A DNA stretch of 64,000 nt from an uncultured Sandaracinus sp. (GTDB lineage: Bacteria > Myxococcota_A > Polyangia > Polyangiales > Houyiibacteriaceae), in NCBI GenBank assembly GCA_937982655.1, contig CALJLK010000407.1, forward strand, positions 2,667 through 66,666, given 5' to 3'. The notes beneath the pieces are model-generated. The model searched no databases, was not told the origin of the DNA, and saw only the letters and a program-made list of their open reading frames with translations. The position numbers were made by a program, and so were the translations under genes. This document shows positions 34,301-42,344 of this stretch, one piece after another. Each line of letters opens with the position of its first letter. The first letter of the stretch is position 1.

Positions 34301-35179
34301 AGCCGCGGGATCGTCGCGGAGGCGCTGGCCCCACTGGAAGGCTTCGTCGACTCCTCGCGGCACGCCGCGGTCGAAGCTGCGGACCGGGACGTCGGCCGAG
34401 AGCTTCGCGAGGCGTACGAAGAAGCGGAGCGCGACGCCGTGCGGGGCATCGTCGGTGAGGGTGAGGTTCGTGAGCGCATCGCGCGCCGATCGATCGCCAC
34501 CGAGCCAGGCGGACAGCCCGTCGAGGATGCGTTCGTCGACGGTGTCGACACGGCGTCCGAGCGAGAGCGCGCGAGGGCCTTCTTCGAAGCCCGCCCGGAG
34601 CGCACGCAGCGGGCGGACGTCGGCGGGCGTGTCGGAGGTCGGCTCGGCGGGCGGCCCGAAGGCGCTGCGGGCGACGACGTCGTCACCGAGCGCGTCGACG
34701 GAGTGGATCGCCGCCGCGCGGGCGTAGACCTCGCGCGCGGCCACGAGCGCGTAGACCTTCGGGAGCGGGTCGTCGGCGAACGCGTGAATCGGGGCGAGGA
34801 AGTCGATCGGATCGTGGATCCGCCAACGGCTCGCGCGCATCACGGTGCGACACAGGTCGACGTCACCCAGCACTTGCGCGATCGCGAGATCCCGCCGCAC
34901 CACCCTCGGCTCGGAGCCCTGGCGGGCGACGCGCACGCGATCGAAGAGCGGACGCAGCCGACTCGACTGCGCGAGCTCGCGCAGGAGCGTGAGGCGTCGC
35001 TCGAAGGGCACGCGGTCGCGCTCGTCGATCGCGCCTTCGTCGCGCAACCGCCGCGTGGCTTGGGCGATCGCGTCGTACGAGGCGCCGAGGAGGTGATGTC
35101 GCTCGTGCGACGTGAGGGTGCCGTGCTCGACCGCGAGGAGCTCGAGGAGGGCGCGCGGGAGATCGGCGGGCGAAGGCAC
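31331..35179 (-). CDS. SNF2-family helicase with SNF2-associated domain and about 450-aa unknown N-terminal extension
   Basis: Track ORF 31331..36274-, trimmed because 35224..36159 belongs to another gene in a different frame. Candidate starts are GTG 35179, or TTG 35227 overlapping the upstream stop (TTGA). Contains [56 protein letters not shown] and [21 protein letters not shown]. Confidence 0.85.
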   Translation of the reverse strand: [1282 protein letters not shown]

Positions 35180-35223
35180 GAGCGATGCGTGAGAGCGGAG
35201 AGAGTTGCTCGACGAGCTTGCGT

Positions 35224-36159
35224 TCAAACCTCGAACACGTCGGGAACTCGGGCGCCGTTCAACGCCCAACGCAGGGTCCGTCGAGGCGGGGAGACCAGCG
35301 GTTCTTCGCAGACCTTCGCGCGCCAGACGCCGCCGGGGCCGTCGATGGTGTCGCCGTCTTCGATCACCTCGCCGCGCTGGAGCAGGTAGTAGGCGAGGTT
35401 CATGAGGAACGCCGCGATCTCGTTGGGATCTTGATCGCGATCGAGGACGGCCTCGTGATCGGGGAGGAAGACCTGGTCCGCGCCCACGGTGTCCATGAGC
35501 GACCAGCCGGACGCTTCGGCGACGTTCATGAGGCGGACGTGGACGAAGGTGTCGAGCGGAGGCACGTCGCGCTCGTTCGCGTCGGCGAGGCGGCGCGTGA
35601 GCTCTTCGGGCTGCAGGAGCAGCTCCGCGCTCGGGTTGAAGTAGGCGATCGCGCCCGGGAGCGCAGTGAGCTTCTCGGCCAGGCGCGCGACGAAGGTGAG
35701 CTCGTCGACCACATCGGCGTCTTCGGGGAGCACGACGGCGTCCTCGCCCGCGCCCATCACGTAGCTGCCGCGCAGACGGATCATCCCGCGGTGCCGCGCG
35801 ACCGCTTCGTTCGGATCGGCGGTCCAGGACACCGCTTGTTGGGCCGCGCGCGCGAGGTTGCCGGGGAAGGCGCCCGGTCCGAACGCGCCCATCGACCACG
35901 CGCCGAAGGTGTCCTCGTCGTGCTGCGGATCGCCCATCGTGTCGGGCCAGGTGCGGTCGATGCGCTCGACGGTGATGAAGCCGCGGATGGCGGGGCGGTA
36001 GTCGACCACGAGCTCGTCGAAGCCGCCGAACCAACTCTCTTCGTCGGCCGCGCGGCGTGCACGGATCGTGAAGTCGCCGAGCGCGGCTTCGATCGCGTCG
36101 AGGCTCGGCAGGGTGTCGAAGAGGACGGTGGTGCAGGTGGTGAAGAAGCCGCGGGGCAT
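35224..36159 (-). CDS. hypothetical protein (possibly DUF4261-like)
   Basis: Last 311 aa of track ORF 35224..37749-. ATG 36159 (MPRGFFTTCTTVLFDTLPSLDAIEAALGDF). GC3 is high and composition is balanced. The family name is a recollection only. The remainder of the track ORF is antisense shadow of 36283..37860. Confidence 0.7.
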   Translation of the reverse strand: MPRGFFTTCTTVLFDTLPSLDAIEAALGDFTIRARRAADEESWFGGFDELVVDYRPAIRGFITVERIDRTWPDTMGDPQHDEDTFGAWSMGAFGPGAFPGNLARAAQQAVSWTADPNEAVARHRGMIRLRGSYVMGAGEDAVVLPEDADVVDELTFVARLAEKLTALPGAIAYFNPSAELLLQPEELTRRLADANERDVPPLDTFVHVRLMNVAEASGWSLMDTVGADQVFLPDHEAVLDRDQDPNEIAAFLMNLAYYLLQRGEVIEDGDTIDGPGGVWRAKVCEEPLVSPPRRTLRWALNGARVPDVFEV

Positions 36160-36282
36160 GGGCGCGGAGAGTAGTCGCGGGGCCGCGAGGCGCGAGGAGG
36201 TTTCTCGGGCAGCGCCACGCGAACGACCTGCGCACGACTCTCCACGCGGTGACACGTGTGTTCGTGGTATCCACACGTCGTC

Positions 36283-37860
36283 ATGGCCGTTGAAGAGCCG
36301 GCGCCGCTGCGTCTTTCGTTCGCTCAGGTCGACGTGGAGGGGCTCGAGCTCGAGCTGCCGGTCCCCGAAGGTCACCGCGAGCCGCCGCGCGTGACCCTGC
36401 GCAACGCGCAGCGGCTCTCGGGGCGCATCGTGCAGCGACCGGGGCGGCTGCGGATCGATCGGCTCGAAGCGGAGCAGCTCGGGCTCGACGCGCTGCGGCT
36501 GATCTTCGGCGCGGTGGTGATCTCGGAAGAAGGAAAAGCCGTGCTCGAAGGCGCGAAGTGCACCTTCGAGCAACGCGCCGACGCGGTGGAGCTCGATCTC
36601 GAGGCTGCGACCGTGCGCGCGCATCGGCTCTCCGTCGCGGTGTCGGGTACGAGCGTCGCGGCGCGCGCGAGCTTCCGCGATCTGCGGATCGCGGCGCAGG
36701 GCGCGGAGGGCAGCTTCGAAGCGGAGGAGCTCCTGCTCGAAGGCTTCGCGATCGTCGCGCGCGGGCTCCGCGTGGAGGCGCCGCGCCTCGAGGCCACGCG
36801 GCTGCGCATCGAGTGGGGCGCGGCGGGCTTTCGGCTCGAAGCGCACGGCGCGAAGGCCCCGAGCCTCACGGTGCGCGCGGAGAATCTGGAGCTCGAGCTC
36901 GAAGCGATCGCGATCGCACACCTCGTGAGCCACGAAGCGCACGTGCTCCTCGAAGACGCCGAGATCGGCAAGGCCACCCTCGACGCGCGCTTCGAGCCGC
37001 GCGACTCCGCGGCCGAGACCGTCGAGCTCGTGCCGAGGTCGGCCCCGAAGCCGGAGCACCCACGCTTCGACGGGCGCTTGCTCGACACGCTCTTCGGCGA
37101 GCTGAAGGTCGATCTGCGCGTCGATCTCGAGGTGCCGATCCTCGGCCGTCGCGTGGCCACGCACCGCTTCCGCGTGCCCGTAGAGGCGGGCGCGGTGAAC
37201 TTCCTCCAGCTCGAGGACGATCTCTCGACCCTGGAGAACGCGATCCTGAACTTCGCGGTGCGCGATCACGCGCTGGTGCTGGAGCGCGGCATCCCGCTCT
37301 TGCAGACGCGGGGCAAAGGCAAGGCCGTGTTGATCTGGAGCCTCGACGACGCCGACCTCGCGCTCGCGCGCGACCGCGATCGCGTGCGGCTCGCGGTGTT
37401 GCCGGGCTTCGACCTCGCGAAAGACACGGACGCGCCGAGCGAGCCCACGTCGAAGCCGAAGATCGCCCTGCGCGCGCTCGGCGCGGAGAACGTCGAGCTC
37501 TCGTTGCGCCTCGAGCCGACGGAGACGGTGCGCGAGGGCGTGATCCCGAAGATGGAGATCGAGTCGCTCTCCGTGAGCGGCGAGGTGCACCCGCTCACGC
37601 GCGAGGGCTCGCGCGAAGGACGGCTCCGCGTCGAGGCGCGCGAGATCGCCGCGAGCGTGCGTACGCTGCTGGACGAGCATCCGGTGGAGCTGGTGGATCT
37701 CCGCTGCGTCGCGATCCCGGAGGCGGAGCTCGCGTTCGCGGGGTCGCACCTCGAGCGCGTGCAGATCACGCTCGAACGGCTCGGTCTGAAGTCGGCCGAG
37801 CGGCTGCCAGTGCGCGCGGTCGAGGAGCGTCGAAAGGCCGAGCCGAACGGCGCGGCCTGA
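36283..37860 (+). CDS. hypothetical protein with periodic L/E/R/A-rich strands
   Basis: Track ORF 36256..37860 trimmed to ATG 36283. GC3 is very high along the whole frame. There is no signal peptide and I recognise no catalytic motif. Confidence 0.6.
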   Translation: MAVEEPAPLRLSFAQVDVEGLELELPVPEGHREPPRVTLRNAQRLSGRIVQRPGRLRIDRLEAEQLGLDALRLIFGAVVISEEGKAVLEGAKCTFEQRADAVELDLEAATVRAHRLSVAVSGTSVAARASFRDLRIAAQGAEGSFEAEELLLEGFAIVARGLRVEAPRLEATRLRIEWGAAGFRLEAHGAKAPSLTVRAENLELELEAIAIAHLVSHEAHVLLEDAEIGKATLDARFEPRDSAAETVELVPRSAPKPEHPRFDGRLLDTLFGELKVDLRVDLEVPILGRRVATHRFRVPVEAGAVNFLQLEDDLSTLENAILNFAVRDHALVLERGIPLLQTRGKGKAVLIWSLDDADLALARDRDRVRLAVLPGFDLAKDTDAPSEPTSKPKIALRALGAENVELSLRLEPTETVREGVIPKMEIESLSVSGEVHPLTREGSREGRLRVEAREIAASVRTLLDEHPVELVDLRCVAIPEAELAFAGSHLERVQITLERLGLKSAERLPVRAVEERRKAEPNGAA

Positions 37861-37936
37861 CGCGAGCCGTCTTCCGAGTCCGAGGCCGCCAAACCCTCAT
37901 TGACGGAACCACCGACCCGGCACAGGGTTCGCGCCC

Positions 37937-38233
37937 ATGGCGAAGGTACGCTTCGAGCCCAGCGGCTACGAGACCGACATCACCCCCGGCACGCGCTTCA
38001 TCGACGTGACGGACGAGCACCCCGAGGCCGAAGTGCCCTACAGCTGCCGTTCGGCGAGCTGCGGGACCTGCCGCGTCGAAGTGAAGGAAGGCCACGCGCA
38101 CCTTCTCTCGCCCGAAGACGACGAGCTCGAAGTGCTCGAGGTGTTCGGCGACGACCCGAAGCAGATCCGCCTCTGCTGCCAGATCCGCCTGAAGGACGAA
38201 GGCCGCGTCGTCCTGCGCGTCGTCGAGCCCTGA
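37937..38233 (+). CDS. 2Fe-2S ferredoxin (plant-type fold)
   Basis: Track ORF of 98 aa. YSCRSASCGTCRVEV plus a downstream LCCQ gives the Cx4Cx2C...C cluster ligands. Confidence 0.85.
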   Translation: MAKVRFEPSGYETDITPGTRFIDVTDEHPEAEVPYSCRSASCGTCRVEVKEGHAHLLSPEDDELEVLEVFGDDPKQIRLCCQIRLKDEGRVVLRVVEP

Positions 38234-38238
38234 GGGCG

Positions 38239-39174
38239 TCAGCCCACGAGGCGCGCGAGGTCTGAAGGCAACGCGCTCGACACGTCGACGTCCCCGCCCG
38301 GGCCCGCGAACGCGAGCTTCGACGCGTGCAGCGCGTGGCGCGAGAGCCCCTCGATCGACGGACCGCCGTAGAGCGCGTCGCCGAAGAGCGGATGCCCGAT
38401 CGACGCGAGGTGCACGCGCACCTGATGACGCCGCGCGTGGTGCGCGCGAACCTCGACGAGGCTGCCACGCTCGTCCGCGGCTGACCCCGCGGACCCACGA
38501 CGATCGATCACGCGGCTCGTGAGAACCTCCGTCCGCGCCGCGCGCGCGCCCTTCTCGCCCGCGTCCGCGACCCGCATCTTGCGCGCGTCGTGGTGCGCGA
38601 TCGGCGACGCGATCGTCTGTGGCGCGCGCACTTCGCCCGCGCAGAGCGCGAGGTAACGTTTGTCGACGCGGCCCGAGCGGAGCGCTTCGACCAAGGTCTC
38701 GAACGCACCCGCGTTCTTCGCGGCGAGGAGCAGCCCGCTCGTGTCGTTGTCGAGCCGATGCACGAGCCCGGGCTCGCGCGGCGCGAAGCCGACGCCACGC
38801 ATCGACGGGAAACGCGCGACGAGCGCGTTGGCGACCGTGCCCTTCTCGTCCGGTCGCAGCGGGTGCGAGGGCTGCCCCGCGGGCTTGTCGACGATCACGC
38901 ACGCGTCGTCCTCGTACACCACCACGAGGGGCGCGTCGGGATCGGCCAGCGCCTCGAAGTCCGCCGGCGGCGGCGGCTCGTCGAGCGCGAGCACTTGCCC
39001 CGCCTCGACGCGCACGCCCTTGCGCACGCGCTTGCCGTCGATCTTCACGCGGCCTTCCTCCGCGAGGGTCTTGGCGCGCGCGCGTGAGGTCTCGAAGAGC
39101 TCCGCGACCGCGAGGTCGACGCGGATGCCGTCGAGGTGCGGGGGGACGGTGTGGGTGATCGGGGCGGTGGTCAT
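38239..39174 (-). CDS. RluA-family (RluD-type) pseudouridine synthase
   Basis: Track ORF 38239..39282- trimmed to ATG 39174. S4-like N-terminus (RVDLAVAELF...EGRVKIDGKRV), then VDKPAGQPSHP and HRLDNDTSGLLL (catalytic Asp motif). Confidence 0.9.
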   Translation of the reverse strand: MTTAPITHTVPPHLDGIRVDLAVAELFETSRARAKTLAEEGRVKIDGKRVRKGVRVEAGQVLALDEPPPPADFEALADPDAPLVVVYEDDACVIVDKPAGQPSHPLRPDEKGTVANALVARFPSMRGVGFAPREPGLVHRLDNDTSGLLLAAKNAGAFETLVEALRSGRVDKRYLALCAGEVRAPQTIASPIAHHDARKMRVADAGEKGARAARTEVLTSRVIDRRGSAGSAADERGSLVEVRAHHARRHQVRVHLASIGHPLFGDALYGGPSIEGLSRHALHASKLAFAGPGGDVDVSSALPSDLARLVG

Positions 39175-39303
39175 CGAGGTCCAGCGAGCGAGTCGCGCGA
39201 GGAGCGCGACGTGGATTGGGAACGAACCGCGCTTCGGGCGCGGTGGAAGGACGAGGCGCGGTTCGGGCGCGACGAGAAGCAAGAGTGGAGCGCAAACGGG
39301 TGA

Positions 39304-39777
39304 TCAGAGACAGGCGGGCGCGCCCATCACGCGCGTCCACACCCCTGCGAGCTCTTCGGTCTCGCTCGTGAAGGTGCCGGCGTCGTCGTCGGCCGTGCCG
39401 CTGAAACGCATCGGACCGTCACCTTCGCCGCGCCGCAGCGCTTGCACGACGTTGCCCGGACGCAGCGCGTAGCCGCCTGCGTTCACCACCGCGGTGAGGC
39501 GCAGCGTGAAGTCGCCGTTCGGACAGAAGACGAGGCTCTGCGCGCACTCGACCGACTCGTCACTCGCGGCACGACAGTCGTCGAGCGTCTCGAAGGGCGG
39601 GAGAACCCGCGTGTAGACGTGCTCTTCCGCGAAGGTCGGCTGCATCACGGGCGGCACGTCTTCGGGCACGAACGCGTCGACCGGCGCATCGACGCCAGCG
39701 TCTTCGATCGGCGCATCGTCGTCGCCGCACGCGACGAGGGCGAGGAGAAACGCGAGTCCCACGGGGCGAACGAACAT
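39304..39777 (-). CDS. small secreted lipoprotein, unknown function
   Basis: Last 157 aa of track ORF 39304..40614-. ATG 39777 gives MFVRPVGLAFLLALVACGDDD (lipobox). Four further Cys. GC3 is high. Confidence 0.6.
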   Translation of the reverse strand: MFVRPVGLAFLLALVACGDDDAPIEDAGVDAPVDAFVPEDVPPVMQPTFAEEHVYTRVLPPFETLDDCRAASDESVECAQSLVFCPNGDFTLRLTAVVNAGGYALRPGNVVQALRRGEGDGPMRFSGTADDDAGTFTSETEELAGVWTRVMGAPACL

Positions 39778-39850
39778 CGGGCGGAGGCTGACGCGTGCGG
39801 CGCGGCTCGTCGAGGCTTCGATCGCTCGAGCGACGAACGGAGAGCAACGA

Positions 39851-40765
39851 TCACGTGCGCGGACGGAGCGAGGGGATGCGCTGCTTCGGGCGGAGCACCG
39901 CGCCTTCGGTGCGCTCCACCAGCGGCCACGAGGGCTGCGCGTCGCGGGCGTCGAGGAGCACGCGGCGCGCGGCTTCCGGCAGCTCGTCGATCCACGCGTC
40001 GACGCGACGCACGAGCGGAACGGGGAGCGCGGGCGGCTGCACGGGCTCGGGGACCAGACGAGGCTTGGCGGCCGGAGCGGACGCGACGCGTTCCGAGGAA
40101 GCTTCGGGAACCGAGCGGTCCCCCTGCATCGCGATCGCGAGCGCCCGGCGATCGGCGCGCAGCGTGCGATCTTCTTCGTCTTCCTCGAAGGCGTACGGTG
40201 CGGGCTCACCGTCCGCGAGCGCGACCTTCGTCGCCGCGAGCAACGCCTCGCGCACCATCGCCGCCGCGGGCACCGTGGGCAGCTCGTCGGGGAACCCTTC
40301 GAGCTCGAGCTTCGGACGCACCCCCCGAATCGTGGGCGAGTCGTCGTCTTCCATCGAGGGGCTGTCGCCAGCCCCTCCCCCACGGGGCATGAAGCCCCGA
40401 GGGGCCCCCACCCGCGAGCCTTCGCTCCCTTCGGTCGCTGCGCGCCGTCCAGTAGGGCGGCTTGCAACATCGGCTGAGCGTCTTCTCGGATCCTCCAGCT
40501 CTTCCAGCTTCGCCGCGCGCGCCGCCGCTTCCAGCGCAGCGTCCAGCGCGGTCCGCTCGAGCTGCGGCAAGCGCGGAGCCGTCGGGCCCACGTCGATCGC
40601 GTCGCGGCGCCCACGAATCGTGACGTCGTCGTCGCCCGCCTCCGCGAGCACCGGCAGCCGCAGCGTGGTTGCCACGTCCGCGCTTCGCAGCGACGCGAGG
40701 ACCTCCTTGGGGTCCACCACGTCCAGGGTCACGTGACCACGCTCGTCCGCGTCGGGGCTCCGCAT
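39851..40765 (-). CDS. hypothetical protein (low-complexity middle section)
   Basis: Track ORF of 304 aa. GC3 is good at both ends. The central part (about 40330-40500) has weaker codon bias and contains two GC-rich hairpins. Confidence 0.5.
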   Translation of the reverse strand: MRSPDADERGHVTLDVVDPKEVLASLRSADVATTLRLPVLAEAGDDDVTIRGRRDAIDVGPTAPRLPQLERTALDAALEAAARAAKLEELEDPRRRSADVASRPTGRRAATEGSEGSRVGAPRGFMPRGGGAGDSPSMEDDDSPTIRGVRPKLELEGFPDELPTVPAAAMVREALLAATKVALADGEPAPYAFEEDEEDRTLRADRRALAIAMQGDRSVPEASSERVASAPAAKPRLVPEPVQPPALPVPLVRRVDAWIDELPEAARRVLLDARDAQPSWPLVERTEGAVLRPKQRIPSLRPRT

Positions 40766-41133
40766 GGAGAACGTGAATGCGGCTCGTGTGCCAAGCCCGA
40801 TCCCCCGTGGGCGACCCTCGACGAGGCTCGAACGACCTCTTCTCGATCGCCTCGAAACCGAACGAAATCCGCACTTTGGAGCGCGCCGACCGGAACGACG
40901 CCCCGCGGGGTGGGTGGCGCCCGCGCTGGCCGCTGGAAGCCACGCGCGCCAGTCGATCGCCGAGCACGCTCGACTCGCGGAAGAAGACCGCCGCGATCGG
41001 AGCGGGTCCGTGATCTCGGCGGGGCGTGGTGCTTCGGGGTCGCCGCGGCGCCGATCCGGCAGACGTCGACCGACGTGACCCGTGCGCCGCCCGTTTGCGC
41101 CGGGGGAGTCGAGGCGCTACCGAGCCGCCGATC

Positions 41134-42237
41134 ATGGGTCTTTCCGTCGGCATCGTCGGCCTCCCCAACGTGGGCAAGTCCACCCTCTTCAACGCGCTCT
41201 CGAGCAAGCAGGCCGAGGCGGCCAACTACGCCTTCTGCACGATCGAGCCGAACCACGGCATCGTGCCGGTGCCCGACTGGCGCTTCGACGCCCTGGTCGA
41301 GCTGGTGCAGCCGGGCAAGCAGGTGCCGGCCACGGTCGAGTTCGTCGACATCGCGGGCCTCGTTCGCGGCGCGTCGAAGGGCGAGGGCAAGGGCAACGCG
41401 TTCCTCAGCCACATCCGCGACGCGCAGGCCATCGCGCACGTGGTGCGCTGCTTCGAGGACGACAACGTCCTCCACGTCGACAACCGCGTCGATCCGATCG
41501 CGGACATCGAAACCATCGAGACGGAGCTGCTGCTCAAGGATCTCGAGACGGTGCAGAAGCGCCTCGACCGCGCGCGTCGTCAGTCCAAGGGCGGCAACAC
41601 GATCGAGAAGAAGGCGGTCGAGGTCTGCGAGGCGCTGGAGAAGCGCCTCGACGCGGGCACCCCAGCGCGTGGCTTCGAGGTCGAAGGCGAGGACGAGCAG
41701 TCGATCGTGCGCGATCTGCAGCTCATCACGTCCAAGCCGATGTTCTACGTCTGCAACGTGAAGGAAGAGCAGCTGGCGGCGGGCACCGACGATCCGCTGG
41801 TGGCGCGCGTGAAGAAGCTCGCGGACGAGCGCGGCGCGCCGGTGGTGGTGATCTGCGCGGCGATCGAAGCCGAGATCATGCAGCTCCCGAAGGAGGAGCG
41901 GGCGGACTTCCTGGAGAGCATCGGCCTGAAGGAGCCGGGTCTTCACGCGGTGATTCAAACCGGGTACCGCATGCTCGACATGATCACGTACTTCACGGCC
42001 GGAAAGGTCGAAGTGCGGGCGTGGACGATCAAACGCGGCACCAAGGCCCCCCAGGCGGCGGGCGTGATTCACACGGATTTCGAGCGCGGCTTCATCCGCG
42101 CCGAGACGATCGCGATCGACGACTTCCTCGCGCACAAGACCGAAGCCGCGGTGAAGCAGGCGGGCAAGATGCGGCTCGAAGGCAAAGAGTACGTCGTCAA
42201 CGACGGCGACGTGATGCACTTCCGCTTCAACGTCTGA
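41134..42237 (+). CDS. ychF: redox-regulated ribosome-binding ATPase YchF
   Basis: Track ORF 41026..42237 trimmed to ATG 41134. Contains MGLSVGIVGLPNVGKSTLFNAL, FCTIEPN, VDIAGLVRGAS and the TGS-domain end ...YVVNDGDVMHFRFNV. Confidence 0.95.
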   Translation: MGLSVGIVGLPNVGKSTLFNALSSKQAEAANYAFCTIEPNHGIVPVPDWRFDALVELVQPGKQVPATVEFVDIAGLVRGASKGEGKGNAFLSHIRDAQAIAHVVRCFEDDNVLHVDNRVDPIADIETIETELLLKDLETVQKRLDRARRQSKGGNTIEKKAVEVCEALEKRLDAGTPARGFEVEGEDEQSIVRDLQLITSKPMFYVCNVKEEQLAAGTDDPLVARVKKLADERGAPVVVICAAIEAEIMQLPKEERADFLESIGLKEPGLHAVIQTGYRMLDMITYFTAGKVEVRAWTIKRGTKAPQAAGVIHTDFERGFIRAETIAIDDFLAHKTEAAVKQAGKMRLEGKEYVVNDGDVMHFRFNV

Positions 42238-42344
42238 ATCCAGCGCGCGGTCGCGGGCACTCGCATCGCTCCGTCGTGATGCGGCGCGAGGACGCGCCGA
42301 CGACGCGGCGTTGCGACGAAACGAATCTCGGGGGGCGACACGGA

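Noticed and set aside
36160-37749. The N-terminal about 530 aa of the 841-aa minus-strand ORF 35224..37749.
   Set aside because: The GC3 pattern and composition favour the plus-strand gene 36283..37860. Only the C-terminal 311 aa (35224..36159) of the minus ORF have protein-like sequence preceded by a sensible ATG.
40766-41133. The 370-bp region upstream of ychF, considered as a possible ncRNA or small gene (track ORFs 40764..41078 and 40777..41013).
   Set aside because: I found no conserved RNA motif (tRNA T-loop, SRP, 6S or RNase P boxes). The ORFs have poor composition. It is most simply a divergent promoter region.
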